64,000 nt of DNA from Planctomycetota bacterium. GTDB lineage: Bacteria; Planctomycetota; UBA1135. A program made the translations under genes and the position numbers. Positions 56,105 through 64,000 of the stretch are shown piece by piece. Location of the stretch: NCBI GenBank assembly GCA_003696625.1, contig RFGR01000023.1, positions 8,298 through 72,297 on the forward strand, written 5' to 3'. Position 1 is the first letter of the stretch; every line of letters begins with the position of its first letter. The notes beneath the pieces are model-generated. The model was given only the letters and a program-made list of their open reading frames with translations, searched no databases and was not told where the DNA came from.

Positions 56105-58012
56105 TCAGTCCGGCAGCAGCTCGACCTCGGCGAAGCCGACCGGCGCCCGCGCCGGGCCGGGCAGGCGCAGCTCGATCTCGCGCACGCGCTGGCGGCGCGG
56201 CAGGAGGTACTCGGTCTTCCGCTCCGGCGCCGGGTCGAGATCGAGGGTCGCCGCCAGGTGGCCGTTCAGCCACAGCTCGGCCCGCGCCGGCCGGTCGGGG
56301 CCGCGGTCGCGGAGCCGGTTGAAGGCGTGGCTCAGGCGGACCCGCCGCACCCCCACCGCCCGCTTCAGGCGCAGCCGCCAGCGCGGCGACTCGTCGCCGG
56401 CGCGGCAGAGCCAGGCGGTGGCCTGGCTGCCGTCGGCGGCCGCGTCGGCGCCGCGGTCGGGGGCGTCCTGGCTCGAGGCCTCGGCCGCGCCGCCGGCACC
56501 GAGCAGGAGGTTGGCGGCCGAGTCGTCGGCCCAGTCGAGCTGCTCGGGCGCCAGCACGGGATCGGTCTCGATCGCCAGCACGGGCGATTCGAGAAGCTCC
56601 TCGCCGGGCTCCTCCCCCGCCGCGGCCGGCGGCGTCGCCACCGCCACCCGCGCCCGCAGCCACCAGGTTCCGGCGGCGCCGAAGCGGTGGCGCAGGGCGA
56701 AGCGCTCGTCGCCGTGCGGCGCGGCCGGATCGCCCTCGACCCGGCCGATGGGCGCCAGCTCGTCGGCCGCGCGGCCGGCCAGGTACTCGACCCGGCGCAC
56801 GCGCAGGCCGCGCCCCTCCTCGCCCGGCCAGGCCAGGCGGGCGAGTTCCCGCTCGCCGAAGGCGAGGAGCCAGATCGTCACTTCGCCCCGACCGGTGGCC
56901 CGCAGCGAGACCGGCGCCGCCGGATCGGCCTCGCCCCAGGCGGCGACGCGGCCGCGCGACTCGCCGGTCACCGCCAGGCTGGCCCGCTTCAGGAACAGGA
57001 GCGCCAGGCAGGTGTCGGTCTCGACGCCGACCGCGCCGCCCCAGCGGCCGTCGGCGTCCTGGCGGGCGACTAGGAAGCGCGCCCCTTCCTCGTACCAGCG
57101 GCGGCCGGCCAGCTCGTCGGCGGCGAGGAAGGAGCCGCAGCGCTCGAGGCCGTAGAGGTAGTGGTAAAGCCAGGGCGAGCCGCCGGGGGCGCCGCCCGGA
57201 CCGCCGCCGGGGTTGCGCTCGACGCTCCAGTTGCGGCCGAGCCAGGCCAGGGCCAGCTCGCGCGCCTGCTCGAGTTCCCGCCGCTGCTTGCTCTTCAGCC
57301 GGCGGCCGAGGGCCTGCTCGGCCACGGTCAGGGTGGCGATGCCGGCGGCGGTCATCGAGCCGGTGGCGCCGCCCGGGCCGCCGGGGGGAGGGCCGCCGCC
57401 CGGAGGGGGTCCGCCTCCCGGCGGCGGGCCGCCGCCGCGGCCCGGCTCGTAGGCGAAACCGGCCGCCTCCTCGCCGCGCCGGATCCGCTCGCGGCAGGCC
57501 AGCACGCCCGCGATCAGGTCCTGCCAGGCTTTGGCCGGCACCTTCAGCCCGCGGGCGGCGGCGGCCCGCAGGCCGAGGGCCGCGTACTGGCTGTTGCTCA
57601 GATCCGGCTTCGGGGTGTCGCCGTAGGTGAAGAGACCGCCGCCGTCCTGGCAATCGAGCAGGCGGGCGAGCAGCGGCGCCATGCGGCGGTCCGCCTCGGC
57701 GGTGCCGAGTTCCCCCCAGGCCATCAGCAGCCAAGAAAGGTTGTAGGCCAGCTTGTCGCTCGGTTCGTGAGCGGCGAGATAGGCGAAAGCCCGCCGCACC
57801 GCCGGGCTGTCAGCCGCCTCGCCGCAGCGCAGCAGGGTGTAGGCGCACATCGCCGTCTGGCCGCAGGGCGACTCGCGGCGGACGAACTCCCAGGAGCCAT
57901 CGACGAGCTGGGACTCGAGCAGGGCGCGGACGCCGCGGTCGATGGCCCGATCGATCTCGGCCTGCAAGCCGGGATCCTGGAGCGACAGGGCGAGCAGGAG
58001 CGGCAACATCAC
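56105..58012 (-). CDS. Secreted prenyltransferase/squalene-oxidase-repeat (alpha/alpha-toroid) protein with a C-terminal discoidin-like domain
   Basis: Repeats of the type QLVDGSW, QDGGGLFTYG and QDADGRWGG. Internal GGGPPP x3 linker. C-terminal ADGSQATAW...RWRLRLKRAVGVRRVRL is F5/8-type-C-like. Confidence 0.65.
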   Translation of the reverse strand: MMLPLLLALSLQDPGLQAEIDRAIDRGVRALLESQLVDGSWEFVRRESPCGQTAMCAYTLLRCGEAADSPAVRRAFAYLAAHEPSDKLAYNLSWLLMAWGELGTAEADRRMAPLLARLLDCQDGGGLFTYGDTPKPDLSNSQYAALGLRAAAARGLKVPAKAWQDLIAGVLACRERIRRGEEAAGFAYEPGRGGGPPPGGGPPPGGGPPPGGPGGATGSMTAAGIATLTVAEQALGRRLKSKQRRELEQARELALAWLGRNWSVERNPGGGPGGAPGGSPWLYHYLYGLERCGSFLAADELAGRRWYEEGARFLVARQDADGRWGGAVGVETDTCLALLFLKRASLAVTGESRGRVAAWGEADPAAPVSLRATGRGEVTIWLLAFGERELARLAWPGEEGRGLRVRRVEYLAGRAADELAPIGRVEGDPAAPHGDERFALRHRFGAAGTWWLRARVAVATPPAAAGEEPGEELLESPVLAIETDPVLAPEQLDWADDSAANLLLGAGGAAEASSQDAPDRGADAAADGSQATAWLCRAGDESPRWRLRLKRAVGVRRVRLSHAFNRLRDRGPDRPARAELWLNGHLAATLDLDPAPERKTEYLLPRRQRVREIELRLPGPARAPVGFAEVELLPD

Positions 58013-58028
58013 GTTCTCCGAAACAAGC

Positions 58029-58057
58029 GGGGCGGCGCCGGGTTCCGGCGCCGCCCC
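58029..58057 (-). terminator. Candidate intrinsic terminator after paralog A
   Basis: Perfect 13-nt inverted repeat GGGGCGGCGCCGG/CCGGCGCCGCCCC, followed on the minus strand by CTTGTTTCGG. Confidence 0.55.
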
Positions 58058-58096
58058 TTACACACCCATCCAGGGGGATGAACGGATGGAGGGGGT

Positions 58097-59149
58097 CTAC
58101 TGGATGACGACGGCGAGCTGGTTGCTGCGCGCCTCGCCGGTGGCGGCGGTGTCCACCGCTTGCATGTACACGGTCCGCCCGGCCAGGCCGGCGGGCACGT
58201 TGGCGTTCATGGTGGCGACGCCGGCCGGGTCGGCGGTCAGGTTCGGCAGCTGGCCGAAGGGCGGCGACAGGAAGATCTGGCCGTAGGGGGTGTTGATCGG
58301 CCCGTCGCCGGCCAGCGAGTAGCCGACCAGCACGGTGGCGCCGGGCACACAGTTCTCGACCTTGACCGTCGCGGCCTGCCCGGCGACGGCGTTGGTCACC
58401 GACAGCACCGGCCGGAACCACGGCACCGAGATCTTGATCTGGTCCTGGTCGAAGTCGTGCACCAGGCCGTAGCCGGACTTGAGCTGCAGCTCGTTGAAGC
58501 GGAAGTCCGGGTAGTAGACGTCGATGTCCGGCGGCGTGACCAGCGGGTCCGGGTACTCGGTCGGCGGATCGACCCAGAGCATGCAGTGTTCGTCGCCGGG
58601 CAGGAACTCGATCTTGCAGACCAGGAAGGTGGTCTGGTCGATGTTCGAGCCGGTGACCCAGTAGGCCGGGGCGGCCCAGGGCCGGTCGAGGCCCCACTCC
58701 TCCTGCGGGTAGGGGCTGCCGATCGTCAACTGCTCGCCGACCCACTGCCAGGAGAGGGTGAGGCCGCCGTAGAGGGCGTCGCCGCCGACGTGCCGGCGGG
58801 ACAGCAGGCTGACCCAGACGGTGGTGCCGTCCTTGCCGAGCAGGCCGTTCTCGCAGATCGCGTCCAGGCTGCGGGTGTCGATCGAGCGGTAGGAGCCCTG
58901 GTGTTCGATCACCGAGGTGCCCATGCCGCCGATACCGTCGAGGCCGGGAACGTTGACCACGGCGTTGTCGCCGGTGTTGCCGGCCCACCAGGTGCCGAGC
59001 AGGCCGTAGCCGCTGCCCTGGCCGCCGAGGTTGCCGGCCGCGTAGTCGAAGCTCTCGAAGGCGATGGTCTCGTAGTTCTGGGCCGTGGCCGGGGCGACCG
59101 GAACGGCCGCGACCAGGGCGAGGGGAAGGAGGCGGAGGATTCGGTTCAT
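58097..59149 (-). CDS. Secreted hypothetical protein, tandem paralog A
   Basis: Signal peptide MNRILRLLPLALVAAVPVAPATA. Shares AQNYET, LWVDPP..YPDP.VTPPDID, LSVTNAVAG and PGATV..GYSL.G.GP.NTP blocks with paralog B. Confidence 0.7.
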   Translation of the reverse strand: MNRILRLLPLALVAAVPVAPATAQNYETIAFESFDYAAGNLGGQGSGYGLLGTWWAGNTGDNAVVNVPGLDGIGGMGTSVIEHQGSYRSIDTRSLDAICENGLLGKDGTTVWVSLLSRRHVGGDALYGGLTLSWQWVGEQLTIGSPYPQEEWGLDRPWAAPAYWVTGSNIDQTTFLVCKIEFLPGDEHCMLWVDPPTEYPDPLVTPPDIDVYYPDFRFNELQLKSGYGLVHDFDQDQIKISVPWFRPVLSVTNAVAGQAATVKVENCVPGATVLVGYSLAGDGPINTPYGQIFLSPPFGQLPNLTADPAGVATMNANVPAGLAGRTVYMQAVDTAATGEARSNQLAVVIQ

Positions 59150-59162
59150 GGGTTGCGGGGGC

Positions 59163-60212
59163 TTACTGGATGGTGAGCGCCAGTTCGTTGCTGAGGGCCG
59201 GAGCCGGCGCGGTCTCGGCGGCGTGCAGCCAGACCGCGCGGCCGGCCGCGGAGGGCGGGATCGGCACGCTCAGGTGCACGTTGCCCGCCGGGTCGGCCAC
59301 CGCCGGCAACTGGTGGATCGGCGGCGACAGGTAGGCCGGGCCGAGCGGGGTGTTGGTCGGGCCGGCGCCGGTCAGGGAGTAGCCGATGGTCACGGTCGCG
59401 CCCGGCGAGACGTTGACCAGGTCGATCTGGGCGGCGGAGCCGGCGACGGCGTTGGTCACGCTCAGGAGCGGCCGCCAGGCCTGGGCCGACAGGCGGATGT
59501 CGTCGAAACTCCAGCCGTGCAGGTCGGGGCTGTTGCCGGACTGGAGCCGGATCTCGTTGAAGGTGAAGTCGGTGACGGTGGTGTCGAGGTCGGGCGGCGT
59601 CACCGCCGGGTCGGGGTGGTCGCCGGGCGGGTCGATCCACAACCGCACCCGCTCGTCGCCGGGCTGGAAGTCGATCCGGTAGACCAGGTGGGCCTGGACC
59701 ATGCAGTTGGAGCCGGGCACGGTCACCGCGGGCGAGCCGGGGCTCTCCACCCCCCACTCCAGGGAGCCGCTCGGGCTGCCGAGGAACAGCCGCTCGGCCA
59801 CCAGCCACTCGTTCAGCGACAGGCCGCCGTAGTCGTCGTTGCTGGTCACGTCGCGGACGCTCAGGAAGCCGACGTAGACGACGCTGCCATCGACCCCGAT
59901 CTGAAGGTTGGCGTCGACCAGCGAGCCGAGCCGGCCGGTGTCGATCTTGCGGTAGGAGCCGTCGTTGTTGAACACGCACTTGGCCCGGTTGCCGATCGCG
60001 TCGAGGCCGGGGGAGACGACCTGGGCGGCGTAGCCGCTGAGGCCCGAGTACCACTTGTCGGCCCAGCCGAAGCCGCCGTCGGGCGGAGTGACGAAGCCGA
60101 GCGGGCCGGGCGCGTACTCGAAGGTCTCGGTGGCGAAGGTCTCGTAGTTCTGGGCGCCGAGCGGGCCGGCGGCGAGGCCGGCCAGGACGAGGACGAGCGG
60201 GAGGGTTCTCAT
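59163..60212 (-). CDS. Secreted hypothetical protein, tandem paralog B
   Basis: ATG at 60212 (MRTLPLVLVLAGLAAGPLGA). Collinear with paralog A over the full length. Confidence 0.7.
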   Translation of the reverse strand: MRTLPLVLVLAGLAAGPLGAQNYETFATETFEYAPGPLGFVTPPDGGFGWADKWYSGLSGYAAQVVSPGLDAIGNRAKCVFNNDGSYRKIDTGRLGSLVDANLQIGVDGSVVYVGFLSVRDVTSNDDYGGLSLNEWLVAERLFLGSPSGSLEWGVESPGSPAVTVPGSNCMVQAHLVYRIDFQPGDERVRLWIDPPGDHPDPAVTPPDLDTTVTDFTFNEIRLQSGNSPDLHGWSFDDIRLSAQAWRPLLSVTNAVAGSAAQIDLVNVSPGATVTIGYSLTGAGPTNTPLGPAYLSPPIHQLPAVADPAGNVHLSVPIPPSAAGRAVWLHAAETAPAPALSNELALTIQ

Positions 60213-60232
60213 GGCGGAGCGGGGCGGTCGGG

Positions 60233-62437
60233 TTACTGCGAAAGGATGACCACGGTGTAGGGGCCGATGGCGATGTCGCCGGTGAACGGCATGCCGTCGC
60301 GGCCCTGGGCGATGGCGGTGAAGTCGTTGCTCGGGTAGCCGCCGAAGGCGGGGTCGTAGCCGCTCCAGTCCGAGTTGAAGCGGACCCGCCAGGTGCCGCC
60401 GCGCGGCACGCCGAACAGGTAGCTCGGGTAGGAGCGGTTGGCGAAGTTGGCGATCACGATCACGTCGTCGCCGGGGCCGCCCTGGTCCCAGCGGTGAAAG
60501 GCAATCACCTTGTCGTTGTTGTTGACGTGGTGGACGTTCAGGCCCTGGCCCTTGAGGCCGGCGGTGTTGTTGAACCAGTTCCGCCGCAGCCGGATCAGGT
60601 CCCGGTAGAGGTCGTGGATGCCGGCGAAGGTGACCAGCTTGTTCCAGTCGACCGGGTCGTGGTCGTCGAACCAGCCGTCCTCGAGGATCTCCTGGCCCTG
60701 GAAGATCATCGGGACGCCGGGCGCGGTCATGACCAGGGCGGCGCCCATGGTGCTGCGCTTCTTCGAGTACCAGGAAGAGGCGTTGCCCGGCCAGATCGCC
60801 TCCGGCAGCCGCATCTTGCCGTTGGCGGTCTCGTCGTGCGACTCGGTGTAGATCACCCGCTCGAAGGCGTCGCTGTTGTAGCGCCAGGAGATCGCGGCCG
60901 CCACCGACCACATGTCGCGGTTGGAGTCGAGCGGGTCGATCAGGGCGGCGCGCACCGGGTGGACGAACTGGGCGTCCCACTGGCTGTCGAAGCCGGCGCC
61001 GCCGACGCCGGTCTCCTTGGTGATCCAGGGGTTGGTCCACATGTCCTCGGCGACGTTCAGCTTCCAGCCCTGGCGGGCGTCGATTTCGTCGTTGATCCAC
61101 TGCAGCAGCGACCAAGCCTCGGGGATGTCGCCGGTCGGGCCGACCCGCATGTAGGAGGTCGAGTCCCAGCGCAGGCCGTCGGCCCGGAAGTCCTCGAGCC
61201 AGTTGAGGGCGTTGTCGCGGATGTACTGCCGGACCTCGGGCCGCCCGTAGTCGGGCCGGGTGTCGCCCCAGGGCGTCTGGGCGCGGACGTCGTTGTAGAA
61301 GTAGATGCCGCCGTAGCCGCCCTGCGACCAGCCGTCGAACTGCCACAGGTCGAGGTCGGTCGGGCCGTAGTGGTTGTGGGTCAGGTCGAGGAGCACGGCC
61401 AGGCCGAGTTCGTGCGCCGCCTTGATGAAGGACTTGAGCGCGTCCGGGCCGCCGTACCAGCTCTCGGGCGCCCAGGGTTGGGACGGGTTGTAGCCCCAGG
61501 AATAGTTGCCCGGAAACTCCATCACCGGCATCAGCTCGATCGCGTTCACGCCCAGATCCTGCAGGTAGGGCAGGAGCTGCTGGGCGCCGGCCAGGGTGCC
61601 GGGCTCGCCGCCGGGCTGGTCGTTGAAGGTGCCGACGTGCAGCTCGTAGACGACCAGGTCGTTCCAAGCCGGCATCGTGAAGCTGCTCGTCCCCCAGTCG
61701 AACCGGGAGTGGTCGTAGACCACGGAGTTGCCGGTCGAGCTGGTCACCTGGTGCGAGCGCGGATCCATCCGCCACTGGACGCCGGCGCCGGTGTCGATCA
61801 CGTACTGGTATTCGTCGCCGTGACCGACGTTGCGGACGTCGAGCGACCAACTGCCGTTGCCCTCGGCGACGAGCGGGGTCTGGGAGGGGGACCAGCCGTT
61901 GAAGGATCCGGCCACCGAGACGCTGGCGGCGTTCGGCGCCCAGACCCGGAAGGAGGTGCCGGCGGCGCCGGGCACCGGCGAAGAGAACGGGGTCGCGCCC
62001 ATGCCGGGGTGCTGCGAGGGAATCAGCTCCCGGCCGTAGCCGATCTGGTACTGGGTGCCCTCGGTCCGCCAGACGCCGATGTGCCAGGTGCCGCTCGTGA
62101 GCACGACCGGGGTGGTCCCGTTCAGGACGATCTCCTCGGCGCTGGTGCCGGGTCGGGCCGACCGGGCGTCGTACTCGGTCAGCGTCGGCGGCTGGGCCTT
62201 GCGCAGGTAGAGGTCGGCCGAGTCGCCGGCGACCGGGGTGATCGTGACCCGGATCTGCGGGTCGCCGTCCCGGACGGTGAACTGGTAGCGGTCCCAGCCG
62301 GCCCGGGCGGGCGGCGGCGCGGGCGCCGCGCTCGGCCGTTGGCCGGTCGACTGCCCGGCGAGTCGGGGCGAGGCCAGCAGCCCGGGGACCAGGGCCAGAA
62401 GCGCCAACCGGGAGGGAGCCGCGAGGGGATGCCGCAC
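60233..62437 (-). CDS. Secreted GH13 alpha-glucan branching-enzyme-like protein (PPC-like N-terminal domain, CBM48 and catalytic domain)
   Basis: Signal peptide. DSADLYLRK...GTWHIGV (pre-peptidase-C-like). FRVWAPNAASVSVAGSFNGW (CBM48). VYELHVGTF, GVNAIELMPV, LLDLTHNHYG, DGLRWDSTSY, NVAEDMW and YTESHDE (GH13 regions). Confidence 0.8.
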   Translation of the reverse strand: MRHPLAAPSRLALLALVPGLLASPRLAGQSTGQRPSAAPAPPPARAGWDRYQFTVRDGDPQIRVTITPVAGDSADLYLRKAQPPTLTEYDARSARPGTSAEEIVLNGTTPVVLTSGTWHIGVWRTEGTQYQIGYGRELIPSQHPGMGATPFSSPVPGAAGTSFRVWAPNAASVSVAGSFNGWSPSQTPLVAEGNGSWSLDVRNVGHGDEYQYVIDTGAGVQWRMDPRSHQVTSSTGNSVVYDHSRFDWGTSSFTMPAWNDLVVYELHVGTFNDQPGGEPGTLAGAQQLLPYLQDLGVNAIELMPVMEFPGNYSWGYNPSQPWAPESWYGGPDALKSFIKAAHELGLAVLLDLTHNHYGPTDLDLWQFDGWSQGGYGGIYFYNDVRAQTPWGDTRPDYGRPEVRQYIRDNALNWLEDFRADGLRWDSTSYMRVGPTGDIPEAWSLLQWINDEIDARQGWKLNVAEDMWTNPWITKETGVGGAGFDSQWDAQFVHPVRAALIDPLDSNRDMWSVAAAISWRYNSDAFERVIYTESHDETANGKMRLPEAIWPGNASSWYSKKRSTMGAALVMTAPGVPMIFQGQEILEDGWFDDHDPVDWNKLVTFAGIHDLYRDLIRLRRNWFNNTAGLKGQGLNVHHVNNNDKVIAFHRWDQGGPGDDVIVIANFANRSYPSYLFGVPRGGTWRVRFNSDWSGYDPAFGGYPSNDFTAIAQGRDGMPFTGDIAIGPYTVVILSQ

Positions 62438-62492
62438 GATGGATGGATGCTACCGGAAATTCCGGGCGCGAACGGGGCGGTTTTGAAATTTC

Positions 62493-62533
62493 CGCCAGGA
62501 TTTCATTAAACCCTGGCGGATACCGCGCCAGGG
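62493..62533. promoter_or_regulatory. Candidate operator in the divergent GH13 / CBM48-ArsR promoter region
   Basis: Three copies of CGCCAGG/CCTGGCG (62493-62499, 62512-62518 and 62526-62532), the last two forming CCCTGGCG-N7-CGCCAGGG. A separate palindrome CCGGAAATTCCGG lies at 62453-62465. Confidence 0.35.
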
Positions 62534-62619
62534 TCTATTCTACCCCGGAACAAGCCCCGGACCTTGCGTCTCGGCCGGAGCTTGCCCCCTCTCCTCCGGC
62601 TTCCCATCCTCTGCCTCCC

Positions 62620-63468
62620 ATGCCGATCGAGATCCGCCCGGACGGAGAGGGCCTCTGGCAGGTCACTTTCCGCTTCCCGGCCGATGCCGCCGGAGGGGAT
62701 CCGGTCCACCTCGCCGGCACCTTCAACGACTGGGATCCCACCGCCACCGCGATGGCCCTGGACCCGGCCGGGGAGGCCTGGGAGGCGACCCTGGAGCTGC
62801 CGGAGGGCGAGCACCTCTACAAGTTCGTCCTCGACGAGGAGACCTGGGAGCCCGATCCGGACAACCCTTCCACCCTCGAGGACGCCTTCCTGGGCACGAA
62901 CTCGGTCCTCGAGCTGGGCCGGATCGCCGGCCGGCTGCCGTCGCTCACGCTGGCGACCGAGGAGCAGTGGCGGGCCGTCACCTCCCCGCGTCGGCTCGAG
63001 ATCCTCGAGTTCCTGCTCTCCGCCGCTCCCTGCACCGTCGCCGAGCTGGCGACGGTGATGGACACGGCCGCCGACGGCCTCTACCACCACCTGCGCATCC
63101 TGCGCGGCGCCGGCCTGGTCCGCGAGGTCGGCCGGACCGAGGTCGGCGGCCGCTCGGTCCCGGTCTTCGACGTCGTCGCCCGCGAACTCGACTTCCTCGA
63201 CAGCGTCGATCCCGAGCGGCTGGTGGCGCTCTGGCGCTGCCTCGGCCGCCGCGCCACCCGTCTGCTCGCCGCCGCCTTTCCCGACGGTCGCCGGCGGCTG
63301 TCGCTCCGCTCCGATTTCGGCTGGCTGGACGCGGAAGGTGTCGAGAAGGTCCGCAAGCACCTTCTGCACATCCACCGGATCTTCGCCGAGGGCCGCCAGA
63401 GCCGCCGCGGCCGCCTCTACTCCCTCACCCACCTGCTGGCCCCGATCCGGCGCAGCCGGCGGAGCTGA
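62620..63468 (+). CDS. Transcriptional regulator: N-terminal CBM48/AMPK-beta-type glycogen-binding domain fused to an ArsR/SmtB-family winged HTH
   Basis: ATG at 62620. VHLAGTFNDWDPTATAM...GEHLYKFVLD (CBM48). RRLEILEFLLSAAPCTVAELATVMDTAADGLYHHLRILRGAGLV (ArsR HTH). Confidence 0.8.
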   Translation: MPIEIRPDGEGLWQVTFRFPADAAGGDPVHLAGTFNDWDPTATAMALDPAGEAWEATLELPEGEHLYKFVLDEETWEPDPDNPSTLEDAFLGTNSVLELGRIAGRLPSLTLATEEQWRAVTSPRRLEILEFLLSAAPCTVAELATVMDTAADGLYHHLRILRGAGLVREVGRTEVGGRSVPVFDVVARELDFLDSVDPERLVALWRCLGRRATRLLAAAFPDGRRRLSLRSDFGWLDAEGVEKVRKHLLHIHRIFAEGRQSRRGRLYSLTHLLAPIRRSRRS

Positions 63469-64000
63469 GCAGCGGCCGGGCGCGGACCGACAGCCAGAGC
63501 GTCTGCAACACCCCGCCGACGACGAAGGTCCCCACCGCCCAGAGGATTCCGGCCCACGGGCTCCACCGGGTGCCGGCGGCGAGCCCGGCCAGCGCCACCG
63601 CGACGTACAGCGCCACTGCCTCGGTCACCCCGCGGGTCCGCCGGTGATGGACCAGGACGCCCTGGAACCAGCTCTGCAGGGCCTGGTAGGCCGGCATCGG
63701 CACCGCGATCAGGATCGCCGCCGCCGCCAGCGTCGCCAGCTCCGGCCGCAGGCCGTAGACCCCGCGGAACAGCGCCTCGCCGAGCGGGGTCAGGGCCAGC
63801 AGGGCCAGCAGACCGGCGGTGGCGCCGGCCAGCAGCAGCGCGAAGCGGCGGAGCACCGCCGCCGCCCCCGGCCGGCCGAGCAGGGCGACCACCACCTCGT
63901 TGTAGGCGAAGCCGGTCGAGCGAAGCAGGAAGACCAGTCCGTGCACCGAACTCCAAACCGCCAGCGACGGCAGCGCCTCCGGCATCCGGCTCATCGCCGC
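63425..64000 (-). CDS. Polytopic membrane protein, C-terminal part (MATE/MOP-exporter-like), with its 5' end outside the window
   Basis: The ORF stays open to the window end. Successive hydrophobic helices. Family assignment is weak. Confidence 0.4.
   Translation of the reverse strand, partial: AAMSRMPEALPSLAVWSSVHGLVFLLRSTGFAYNEVVVALLGRPGAAAVLRRFALLLAGATAGLLALLALTPLGEALFRGVYGLRPELATLAAAAILIAVPMPAYQALQSWFQGVLVHHRRTRGVTEAVALYVAVALAGLAAGTRWSPWAGILWAVGTFVVGGVLQTLWLSVRARPLLSSAGCAGSGPAGG

Overview
Densely coding 64-kb window from a very GC-rich (about 70% G+C by eye) bacterial chromosome. I recognised no rRNA, tRNA, CRISPR array or IS/transposase. Many long ORFs antisense to real genes are GC artefacts. 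Supported content, left to right: (1) a partial alpha/beta-hydrolase-DedA-ATP-grasp fusion gene and a cyclic-2,3-diphosphoglycerate-synthetase-like P-loop gene. (2) A minus-strand redox/sensing operon: membrane GcvH-like protein, Tat-less 4Fe-4S protein, NrfD fused to a triheme c7 domain, a sensor kinase with heme-c motifs in its periplasmic loop, and an NtrC-type sigma54 activator. A sigma54-like promoter lies upstream. (3) MarR, a secreted thioredoxin-like protein and a tricorn-type protease. (4) An amidoligase neighbourhood: ATP-grasp, VOC, GCS2-CBS ligase and AstE-like deacylase. (5) An MBL/diiron-like GGDEF cyclase directly downstream of a 12-gene type II secretion / type IV pilus-like operon. 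Two of its pseudopilins carry Lys/Glu-rich tails. (6) An octaheme c-type cytochrome gene interrupted by one in-frame TGA that is followed by a hairpin, so a selenocysteine or recoding candidate. (7) An alpha-glucan locus: MalQ, two GH13 enzymes, a CBM48-ArsR regulator and a sugar ABC transporter with an SBP-permease fusion. (8) Embedded in that locus, a 2165-aa membrane-anchored protein combining a circularly permuted enolase with a PPDK-type ATP-grasp and a phosphohistidine swivel domain. This giant protein is the most unusual item. (9) Several secreted hypotheticals, including a tandem paralog pair. All domain calls come from motif recognition by eye. No database search was run.
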